From: Malacoraja senta
Lineage: Eukaryota
Direction of reading: 5' to 3'
Length of the DNA: 64,000 bases
NCBI GenBank assembly: GCA_038087875.1
Contig: CM075995.1
Span: 1,242,001-1,306,000, forward strand
A program made the translations under genes and the position numbers. The first letter of the stretch is position 1. Every line of letters starts with the position of its first letter. Below the pieces are notes generated by a model. The model saw only the letters and a list, made by a program, of their open reading frames with translations, had not been told where the DNA came from and made no database searches. Below are positions 49,501 through 61,500 of this stretch, in pieces.

Positions 49501-52500
49501 CTGAACAATGGGGTTCCTTCATTTTGCAGCTGTTTTCTCTTCCCTGCTTGTTTTACATCTTGTTTGCATGTGAATTGGATGTTGTCTTGGCCTGTTAACT
49601 ATACTGCTGTATCACACCTTGCACCCTATGCCTAAGAATCTTGCATGTCACTGTTATCCATTTGAGTACCGTAGGCCAGTAGGAAAGAAATTACAGATGC
49701 CCAGGAAGAGGGACTTGTATGATTGAGAAGCATGGGTGAGGTGTTGGTGGGTATATTATTGGAGGGGATTCTGATAGGGCAGGATCTAAATGAACTACAA
49801 CTACCTCATTGGTGACCATTGGACTATCCTTGATCTGACTTTGCTGGTCTTACCTTGTGTAGATCAATCACTATTGCTGATTTGATCCATGTCTGGTTTT
49901 GCTATTTAGGTCCCGATCCCTAATCCATGTCGAGTTTCCACCATGCCATCCTGTGGAATGTAAGCAACCATATTTAAGTTTGAGCTATGACTTTGAGCCT
50001 ACAGTACCTGTTGTTATGGTCTCTGTATGTATTCTTATTAAAGTACTTATTATGAAGTTCTATGACTCGATGTTAACAGTACTTTACGCATGGTGTCAGA
50101 AGTGGGATTCGAACCCACGCCTCCAGTTGCAGTCCACCAGGACCAAGTATTGATTGCCACGCCAGTCAAAAATGTCGGTGGCCACTGTGGACCACGGCAG
50201 GTCAGGAACAGGGTGCCGCGAAAGAGGTTCTTTCTGTTGATGTGGCGTCATGCTGTTGCACACGGCACCCAACGTTATTCCCTAATCATGCATTATACAC
50301 ATAAATGGCTTGATTGGAATCATGTATTGTCTTACACCACACCTCGGTACGCGTGACAATAAAATAAACTACATGTATATTTTACATATGTATGCCTCAC
50401 CCGCTGAGTTTCTCCAGCATTTTTGTCTACCTTCGATTTTCCAGCATCGGAGGTTCCTTCTTAAACAACATGTATATTTTAGTTTAGTTTATTATCACGT
50501 GTACCGAGGTATAATGAAAAGCTTTTTTGTGGCGTGCTATCCAGTCAGCGGAAAGCCAATACATGATTGCAATTGGCTGAAGAAGGGTCTCGACCCGAAA
50601 CGTTTTCACCAGAGATGCTGCCTGACCTGCTGAGTTACTCCAGCTTTTTGTGTGTATCTACAATTGGCAGGAACTGTTCAGGGATAGTCCTTTTGGCTTT
50701 GAGCATGGGAAATGTTCTCTCAAATTTGGTTGCGTTTATTGATGAGGTGACTAAGACGATATGAGGGAAGAGTGGTAGATGTTGTTGGTGGACTTCAGCA
50801 AGGCCTTTGACAGGTTACTGTAGGCTGTTCTGGAGGGTGCAATCCAGGGCCAGCTAGCCAACTGGATACAAAATTGGCTTAAAGGAAGGAAAATCATGGC
50901 AGAGTGCGGTTTTTCAGACAAGGCTTGTAACAAATGATATGCCACAGGAATTGTTAAAAATTAACGATTTGGATTTGAATGTTGATGACATGGTTAGTGA
51001 GTTCGCGGAATAAACAAAAATTGGTGCTATCCAAGGGACAAAAGCCAGGGCCATCCTGAACTTTAAGATATGGGGCTTATTAGTTTAGTTTAGTGATACA
51101 GTGCGGAAACAGGCCCTTTGGCCCACCGGGTCCGCGCCGACCAGCGATCCCCGCACATTAACACTATCCTACACCCACCAGGGACAATTTTAACATTTAC
51201 CAAGCCAATTAACCTACAAATCTGTACGTCTTTGGAGTGTGGGAGGAAACCGAAGATGTCGGAGAAAACTCACGCAGATCACGGGGAGAACGTACAAACT
51301 CCGTACAGACAGCACCCGTAGTCGGGATCGAACCCAGGTCTCTGGCGCTGCATTCGCTGTAAAGCAGCAACTCTACTGCTGCGCCAACGTGACCACCCTA
51401 AATCTTTGCAGGTCTGCTGTTAGTTTAGTTTGAGATGCATTATGGAAATGGGTCCTTTGGCCAATTGAGCCCACGCTGATCGCCCGTTCAGACTGGTGCT
51501 GTGTTTCTCACTTTGACCTGTTCACTGCCAAGTTTTGTTTTTACACTATTGGCCATGACCCGAGTATACTCGGGGAGGCACTGAACAGGGCTAAGGACAA
51601 TTTTAGAGGCCAATTAACCTACTTACCCGCACATTTTTGGTATGTGGGAGGATATGGGAGCGTGGGGAGGAAAAGGGAGCACCAGGAGAAAACCCACATG
51701 ATCACAGGGAGAATGTGCAGACTCCACACTGACAGTACCAGAGGTCCTGATTCAACCTGGGTCTCTGACACTGTGATGTGGTGTCGCTATGAGCTGTGCC
51801 ACTGTGCCGTGTGCTCATGCTAAAAATGTACAAACTCCACGCAGTATCTGAGGTCAGGATCGTACCTGGGTCTCTGGCGCTGTGAGCCAGCATCTCTACC
51901 AGCTGCAACTATTGTGGGTCACACTCTGCATCTGACATTTGCACGTTTTGATAGCAATGATAGAGGTCTTTAAAATTATGAGCGGGTTAGACAGAGTTGA
52001 CGTGGATAAGCTTTTTCCATTGAGAATAGGGAAGATTCAAACAAGGGGACATGACTTGAGAATTAAGGGACAGAAGTTTAGGGTAACATTACATAGATAC
52101 ATAGAAAATAGGTGCAGGAGTAGGCCATTCGTCCCTTCGAGCCTGCACCGCCATTCAATATGATCATGGCTGATCATCCAACTCAGTATCCCGTACCTGC
52201 CTTCTCTCCATACCCCCTGATCCCTTTAGCCACAAGGGCCACATCTAACTCCCTCTTAAATATAGCCAATGAACTGGCCTCAACTACCCTCTGTGGCAGA
52301 GAGTTCCAGAGATTCACCACTCTCTGTGTGAAAAAGTTTTTTCTCATCTCGGTCTTAAAGGATTTCCCCCTTATCCTTAAGCTGTGACCCCTTGTCCTGG
52401 ACTTCCCCAACATCGGGAACAATCTTCCTGCATCTAGCCTGTCCAACCCCATAAGAATTTTGTACGTTTCTATAAGATCCCCTCTCAATCTCCTAAATTC

Positions 52501-55500
52501 TAGCGAGTATAAGCCAAGTCTATCCAGTCTTTCTTCATATGAAAGACCTGACATCCCAGGAATCAGTCTGGTGAACCTTCTCTGCACTCCCTCTATGGCT
52601 ATAATGTCCTTCCTCAGATTTGGAGACCAAAACTGTACGCAATACTCCAGGTGTGGTCTCACCAAGACCCTGTACAACTGCAGTAGAACCTCCCTGCTCC
52701 TATACTCAAATCCTTTTGCTATGAAAGCTAACATACCATTCGCTTTCTTCACTGCCTGCTGCACCTGCATGCCTACTTTCAATGACTGGTGTACCATGAC
52801 ACCCAGGTCTCGCTGCATCTCCCCTTTTCCTAATCGGCCACCATTTAGATAAAAGTCTACTTTCCTGTTTTTGCCACCAAAGTGGATAACCTCACATTTA
52901 TCTACATTATACTGCATCTGCCAAACATTTGCCCACTCACCCAGCCTATCCAAGTCACCTTGCAGTCTCCTAGCATCCTCCTCACAGCTAACACTGCCCC
53001 CCAGCTTAGTGTCATCCGCAAACTTGGAGATGTTGCCTTCAATTCCCTCGTCCAGATCATTAATATAAATTGTAAATAGCGGGGGTCCCAGCACTGAGCC
53101 TTGCGGTACCCCACTAGTCACTGCCTGCCATTGTGAAAAGGACCCGTTTACTCCTACTCTTTGCTTCCTGTCTGCCAGCCAGTTCTCTATCCACATCAAT
53201 ACTGAACCCCCAATACCGTGTGCTTTAAGTTTGTATACTAATCTCTTATGTGGGACCTTGTCAAAAGCCTTCTGAAAGTCCAGATATAACACATCCACTG
53301 GTTCTCCCCTATCCACTCTACTAGTTACATCCTCGAAAAATTCTATAAGATTCGTCAGACATGATTTACCTTTCGTAAATCCATGCTGACTTTGTCCAAT
53401 GATTTCACCACTTTCCAAATGTGCTGCTATCCCATCTTTAATAACTGACTCTAGCAGGGGGAACTTCTTTAGTCAGAGAGTGGTAGCAGTGTGGAATGAG
53501 CTTCCAGTGGAAGTGGTGGAGGCTGGTTTGATTTTATCCGTTAAAAATAGATTGGATGGGTATATGGACGGGAAAGGAATGGAGGGTTATGGTTTGAGTG
53601 CAGGTAGGTGGGACTAGGGGGAAGTGTTTATTTAAAAAAAAATTTTTTTTTTAATGTTCGGCAAGGACTTGAAGGGCCGAGATGGCCTGTTTCCGTGCTG
53701 TAATGGTTATATAGTTAATGATACTGTTTAAACTGATTCCAAGCATACTTGGCATGGAGCCTGTTTTAGACGACTGGGGGTGGCTTTCTCCCAGCTCTGG
53801 AATAGTGACTGTGTAATCTATCCAGAGCCATTCGTTGATCTGCGTGCGCTTATTCTTTGCGCTGTCAGGCAAACTAGATTGAGTTTCTTGCATGGTGTCA
53901 CGTACAAAATCAGCTTTGATTTTTGTTTAGTGTCCGTGTTCTGAGGTACAGTGAAAAGCTTTTGTTGTGTGCCAACCAGTCAGCGGGAAGACAATACATG
54001 ATTATAATCGAGCCGAAGATAGGCACAAAAAGCTGGAGTAGCTCAGCGGGACGGGCAGCATCTCTGGAGAGAAGGAATGGGTGACGTTTTGAGTCGAGAC
54101 CCTTCTTCAGACTGAATAATCGAGCCATTCGCAGCGTACAGATACATAATAAGGGAATAAAATATATAGTGCAAGATAAAGCCAGTAAAGTCTGATCAAA
54201 GATTCAGGCATGCAACTTTTTTCTTTGTCCTTTCCGCGATCATCTTTTGTAATCCCTGTCAGCTCGTGTGTGGAAACTTTCTGTTAAATTGTAAACGTAT
54301 TGAGCTCTGGGCACATCTAATGTATTTTAAACACTGACATGCAGGATGTTGAAAAGCAGTACGAATGATCTGTGATCTGTTCAAGCATACTTTTTGAAAA
54401 TGAATGTTGCCAAAAAAAATTCCGTTCAGGTGTTTGAGGTTGGAGAAGGGCTGAATGGAGAAGGGGAAAGTTTCAATTCCCCGAAAGCACATATTTCAAG
54501 CTAATGCCTCCATTCACTGCAACTAAGATTTTTTTTCGCTTATTTTCCCAGAGATGCTTGAATGATTGAATCTTGGTTTTGTCCAAATTCAAAGCTAGAA
54601 ATCCAAGTGTGGTACAAATTTGTAGGACGGCTTTCCCGTGTAAATGTTATAGTCATACAGCGGGGAAACATTCCCTTCGGCCCAACTTGCCCACACCGGC
54701 CAACATGTACCTGCGACACTAAACCCTGCCTGCGTTTGGCCCATATCCCTCCAAACCTGTCCTATCCATGTACCTGTCTAACGGTTTCTTAAATGTTGCC
54801 ATTGTCCCTGCTTCAACTACCTCCCTGCTTCAACTACCTCCATACACCCACCACCCTTTGTGTGGAAAAAGATTCCCCTCAGATTCATATTAAATCTTTT
54901 ACCCTTAAACCTATGTCTTCTGGTCCTCAATTCCTCAACTCTGGGCAAGAGACTCCACACATCTACCGATCTATTCCACTCATGATTTTATACGCCTCTA
55001 TCAGATCACCCCTCATCTTCCTGCGCTCCAAGGAATAGAATCCCAGCGTATTCAACCACTCCCTATAGCTCAGACCCTCAAGTCCTGGCAACATCCTGGT
55101 AAATCTTCTCTGCCATTTCTAGGTTGACATCTATCCTATAACATGGTGCCCAGAATGTTCAACAGTGCATCTTCAGCAAGCATTAACAGGATTGATAAAT
55201 CCGCTATTCTTTGAGTTGATACAGAATAATTCTGTTTAGTTTAAAGATAGTGTGTTGGGGGGGGGGGGCTTTGGCCCACCAAGGCCACGCTGACCATCTA
55301 TCTCCAGCTGACACTAGTTCTGTTATCTCACTTTCACATCCACTCTGCCACACACTCGGGGCAATTCAACAAGAGCCCAATTAACCAAACAAACCTGCAC
55401 GTCTTTGGTATGTGGGAGGAAACTGGAGCAATCCACACCCCCCTTCCCATCAGAACTGCATCCCCCTTCCCATCAGAACTGCCCCCTCCATCGACTCCTT

Positions 55501-58500
55501 TAAGTCAAGACTAAAAACGTATCTATACTCCCAAGCCTTTCTTGACGTCCTCTGAGCGAGGGCTATATGTATATATGTATGTAGTTTGTTTGTTTATACT
55601 ATTCTTATAACAAATGTAAAGCACTTTGGCCAACGAGAGTTGTTTTTTAAATGTGCTATATAAATAAATGTGAAATGAAAACGAGTGAGGTCCAAATTTG
55701 CAAGGTGTGAAAGATCAAAGATGTTGCTTCCTTGAGCATTAAAACGATTGAGAAATCGGCCATTCTTTGAGTTAATGTGGACAAAAATGTTCTTTTTTTA
55801 CATTTACTTTTTGAGACTGGGAATTGTGTTTCAGTTGGTTAATTTGAGTGGTTGAGTAATTGCCACGGTGCTGCTCTGTCTCCCAGGGGTTGCAGCCTGA
55901 CAGACAAGGACGGTCTGCTGAAACGATGCCAGGGACTCAACCGGGAGGTGGCAGAACTTAGCCTGAAGGAGAAGAAGTTGGATGACTTGATCCAAAGCTG
56001 CACCTTGGACCTCAAAAAGCTGACGGAGGACTCGGAAAACCAAAGATATCCTTGCTAAATTTTCCCCCAAAGTCTCAACGGGTTTGCTAGCCTTGTTTTC
56101 GCCGAGAGGAGGTTGCACAGCTGGTGCATGCAGTACGAAGACATTTCTCAGAAGAGCTGCAGAGAGATGGGAAAACATGTTGCGTAACAAGGTAGACACA
56201 AAATGTTGCAGTAACTCAGCGGGTGAGGCAGCATCTCTGGGGAGAAGGAATGGCCGACATTTCTGGTTCGACCTGAAACTTCGCCCATTCCTTCTCTCCG
56301 GAGATGCTGCCTCACCCGCTAAGTTACTCCAGCATTTTGCGTCTACCTTCGATTTAAACCAGCATCTGCAGTTCTTTCTTACACATTTTATGTGACAGGT
56401 TGCTTTGGACTAGGCTCAACAGCTTGACTGAATTCGGTAGTCGATTTAAATGTAAATTAAGCGGAAAATGGGAAATTTGCCAGACCCGGGGGGGGGGGGG
56501 GGGGGGGAGGGGTGGGGAGGATGGCGGTGGGAAAGCACAGGAGTGGAACTAATGGGCTCGTGGGCTGAATGTACTTTTTGACTGGTAACCAGATCCAAAT
56601 TTGTAAGACATCTTTGAAAATTATATCAGTGAATGTTCCAGCGAAATGAGGGATAAACAAGTAGAACACCGAGGAGAAAAAAACAACCCATCTTTAATTC
56701 AGAGTACCATCGTCCAAAACGAAAAGCGTAGATAAGTTGCTTATTTAGGTTTAAATTTATTATTGGCACGTGTACTGGGGTACAGTGAAAAGTTTTGGTT
56801 TGCATGTCATCTGATCAAATTGGATAATGCTATACATAAATGCAATCGAGCCAAACTCTAGTACAATATGTAGAGCAACGGGGAAGACAATGTAGTTCTC
56901 AGCATTATAGTTCACCATTTCCAGAGATAAAGTCCCATGTCCGCCATGAGGTCGAGGAGAGTTGGACTGATATCTAGCTTATGGAAGGACTGTTTCGAAG
57001 CCTGACAAGAGGGGGGATGTTGATCCAGAAGCTGTTTCTTTTTTTTTAAATGTAAATGAGATCCATTGTGATTGGATCTAGACGCGCCTGCGAGTTGGGG
57101 GCTATGCGTCAGTGGGTAGGGCGGTTATGGGGTAAAAGGAGCAAATAAATAATATTACCACTTCAGACTTTATTTTTGACCTGCACTGACTGAATGAGAT
57201 CTGAATTGTGATGCTTGGTTCACTGTCCTTAACATCTACCACATTAAATTATGTAACATATCAAGACGTCAGAAAAATCCAGAGTTTTAAGGGCCAGGTG
57301 GTAATAGCTGTTAAAGCCCCTCCTGAAACCAGGCTGGAAGTACCTGATCCTTACGATGTAAGTGTGGTCTCAGAGTTGGCCGTGTGAGATTTTGATCAAT
57401 ATTTGTAAAAGCAAGTGCTGATACTCCAAAATAAAATCAGAACATGACAAATACAAATCAGTGATGATGCAAAAAGCTGGAGTAAAGGGCCCGTCCCACT
57501 TTCCCGAGTTATTCACAAATTCTCCCGAGTTATTCACAAACTCTCCCGAGTTTTCCCCTTGATTCAAACTCGCAGAATGTTCGTAATGAGTCCATAGGAG
57601 ACCGTAGGAGTCCGCGGATATATCGTAGTGGCTCGTTATGCCAGCCATAGGTACTCTGGGCTATTTTTTTTACTCGTTGACATTTTTGATCAGGCTGGAA
57701 AAAACGTCCCGACTTACCTGATGCCCCGAGTACCTATGGCTGGCATAATCAAGGGGAAAACTCGGGAGAGTTTGTGAATATCTCGGGAGAATTTGTGAAT
57801 AACTCGGGAAAGTGGGACAGGCCCTTAACACGGCGGGCGGGTCAGGCAGCATCTCTGGAGGAAAGGAAGAAGGTGACGTCAAGAGTCGAGACTCTTCTTC
57901 AGGCTGAGAGATAGGAGAAAGTGAACCAAGAGACACAGACAGTGATAAAGTGAGATATAGAACAAATGAAAGATATGCAAAAAGCAACGATGGTCCATTA
58001 TTGGCTGTGGGCTAGGTGATAACGGGTTACAGACAGTGAAACTCAACAAGACAATAGTGAAATTAGTATGACGACTGGGGGAGGGGGAGGGGGGAGGGGC
58101 AGTGGGAGAGATAGAGGGGATGCAAGGGTGACGAATGTTAGAGAAGTCAATATTAAAGCTGCTGTGTTGTAAGCTCCCCAAGTGAAATATGAGGTGAGTA
58201 CTCCACAATGGAGGAGGCCCAGGACGGAAAGGTCAGTAGGGGTTGGGGAGTTGTTTTTTTTTTGTAAAGCCTAGTCTATGGCATATTTACATGTCCCTCT
58301 GTTTGCATTGATCAAAACAGAAGTGATTGAGTTAAACTTTTGAGAAGTCTTCATTGGAGTACATTTACAATGAAAAGTTATACTTGGTCTATTGTTCAAG
58401 TGGATTGTGTTTGCCATCTATTTCACTAAAATGCTAACTTTCTGTGACCATTGTCTTTAATTTCATTCAGAACTTGCAGATACATTTGTCGAGTACGAGG

Positions 58501-61500
58501 GGACCGATCGAGGTTTATTTATGTCCTGATGATTCTGCGCCATCTAGTAGCCCAATGAAGTCCAGCAGCAAGGAACATTCTAGAAGTATTTCTCAGTTAC
58601 GTGTTCGAGGTACGCCCTATACAAAAATTACTGACGGAGAGAAGAATGCGCATGCGACATGCTTCATCTTTTGTATTTGGCCTCATGGTGAAGTCATTGG
58701 AAAATTAGTGGGGAAATAAAGGCTTGGTTGAAAAAACTTGTGACATTTAGTGAAGAAATCTGGTGACCGTGCAACTTGGAGACCACCCACCTGTGTTTGA
58801 TGACTCGTGCTTAATGGGCCTGTCCCACTTAGGTAACTTTTTAGGCGACTGCAGGAGACTATGCAGTCGCCACATGTTCGCGGGTGGATGCCGGGGAGCC
58901 GCCTTCATGGTCGTGAGGAGTTCCTGCATTCTGGGAACTAGTCGCGGCCTCATTATGGTCGCCGTGAATTTTTCAACACGTTGAAAGTTCTCGTGCCGTA
59001 GGTGGGTCGCCAGGAGCTCCTAGTGGGTTGCCAGGAGGTCGAAGGTTCTTGTAGGTTGTAGCCGGTGCTGACTGGTGAATTTAATTGGCTCATTGGGGGA
59101 AACAAACGTAAGCAGTAGTTTTCAGAACCAAGGATAACCGACTGGTAATGTTAAATGTCCGCCGAGCGTCACAGCCGTGTATCTCTGGCTTCTTAAAAGT
59201 TGTCTCCACTCCTTCTCCCTCCTCTCTCCCTCTCCACCCCCTCTTTTAAAGGACTTACCGTACACTGCTTTAGCCATCTTAATTACAGCGCCAACCTTCC
59301 AGTTCATCGCGGTGTGTCTGTATCACCTTGGCTTTGCACCGTGTGAATTTCAGACAGTGCTCCCCCTGCTTGCCCTGTCCCCTGCCTGCGAGATGTGTGT
59401 GTGTTAAATATTTATTGCTCTTTATAACAAGCGAGATAATAGTTTGATTGTGGTGGGGGAGGGAGGGGCGAAGGGTAACAAGGAAAGAAGTACAGTGCTC
59501 TCCATAATATTTGGGACAAAACCCATTATTTATTTATAGACAATAGGTGCAGGAGTAGGCCATTCGGCCCTTCGAACCTGCACCGCCATTCACTGTGATC
59601 ATGGCTGATCATCCCCAATCAGTTCCTGCCTTCTCCCCATATCCCCTGACTGCGCTATCTTTAAGAGCTCTGTCTAATTTGCCTCTGTACTCCACAATTT
59701 GAGATTTGTATTAGAAAAAAACACGTGGTTAAAGTTCACTTTGTCAGATTTCAATAAAGGCGATTTTTATGCATTTTGTTTTCACCATGTAGGAATTACA
59801 GCAGTAATTATACATAGTCCCCCCCGTCCCCCCGTCCCCCATTTCAGGGCACCATAATGTTGGGGGACACAGCAATGTCATGTATTTTGTTGCATATCCT
59901 TTGCATGCAATGCAGCCACATTTAGCTTATGCTTGTTTTGGAGGCTCGTCCCCTTCAGTTTTCTCTTCAGTTGGGATTCAGATCGGGTGATTGACTTGGC
60001 CACTTAAGAATTGACCTTTTTTTAGCTTTGAAAAACTCCTTTGTTGCTTTAGCAGTATGTTTGGAATCATTGTCTTGCTGTAGATTGAACCGCCGGCCGA
60101 TGAGTTTTGAGGCATTTGTTTGAACTTGAGCAGATAGGATGTGTCTATACACTTCAGAATTCATTATGCTACTACCATCAGCAGTTGTAGCATCAATGAA
60201 GATAAGTGACCCAGTACCTTCAGCAGCCATACATGCCCAGGCCATAACACCCCCACCACTGTTACACAGATGAGGTGGTATGCTTTGGATCTTGGGCAGT
60301 TCCTTCTCTCCTCCATACTGTGCTCTTGCCATCACTCTGATGTAAGTTAATCTTTGTCACATCTGTCCACAAGACCTTTTTCCAGAACTGTGGTTGCTCT
60401 TTAAGTGCTTCTTGGCAAACTGTAACCTGGCCATCCTATTGTTGCGGCTAATGAATGGTTTGCAGTGCAGCCTCTGTATTTCTGTTCATGAAGTCTTCTG
60501 CGGACAGTGGTCATTGACAAATCCACACCTTAGATTAGATTAGATTCCTTTACTTGAGTCCAGAATCCTGAAGTGTGTTTCTGATCTGTCGGACATGTGT
60601 TTGGGGATTTTTTTTTAAAATTATAGAGAGAATTCTTCTGTCATCAGCTGTGGAGGTCTTCCTTGGCTGGCCAGTCCCTTTGCGATTAGTAAACTCACCA
60701 ATACTCTCTTCTTAATGAGGTTCCAAACAGTTGATTTTGGCAAGCCTAAGTTTTGGCTGATGTCTCGAACAGTTTTATTCTTGTTTCTCAGTCTCATAAT
60801 GGCTTCTTTCACTTTCATTCGCACAACTTTGGTCCTCATGTTGATAAACAGCAATAAAAGTTTCCAAAGGTGATGGAAAAGACTGGAGGAAAGACCAGGT
60901 GCTGAGAGCTCTCTTATACCTGCACGAAGGAGGCAATTAAACACACCTGAGCAATTACAAACACCTGTGAAGCCATGTGTCCCAATCATTATGGTGCCTT
61001 GAAATGGGGGGGGGGGGGGGGGGACGGGGGGGGGGACTATGTATAAACACAGCTGTAATTTCTACATGGTGAAATCAAAATGTATAAAAATACCCTTTAA
61101 TAAAATCTGACAATGTGCACTTTAACCACATGTTTTTTCTATCATAAATCTCAAATTGCACTAGCTTTCTCTTCAGGTTTGTGCATAGCACAGTACTTCG
61201 TTAGTTACAACCTCAAGTAGTATGCTAAAGGATTTCTGCAAACACAAAGCTAAGACTTTATACTGGGAGCCCCTGATCCAATAAGTCTGAAGAAGTATCT
61301 TAAAAGGCAAATGAATAAATGATGGGTCTTTGTCCCAAACATTATGCAGGGCACTATGTTTTTTGCAGAGAAAGGGAAATTGTGAGAAATTTGGTGTAGG
61401 AAGGAACTGCAGATGCTGGTTTAAACCAAAGATAGACACAAAAAGCTGGAGTAACTCAGCGGGACAGGCAGCATCTCCGGAGAGATGGAATGGGTGATGT

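Noticed and set aside
50091..50126. Functional tRNA-Leu gene
   Set aside because: Only the 3' 36 nt, with encoded CCA; no D or anticodon arm.
57238..57242. Alternative upstream AC acceptor (57238-57239)
   Set aside because: Only ~7 nt from the branch A, shorter than usual for U12 introns; the downstream AC gives the E2F-like junction.
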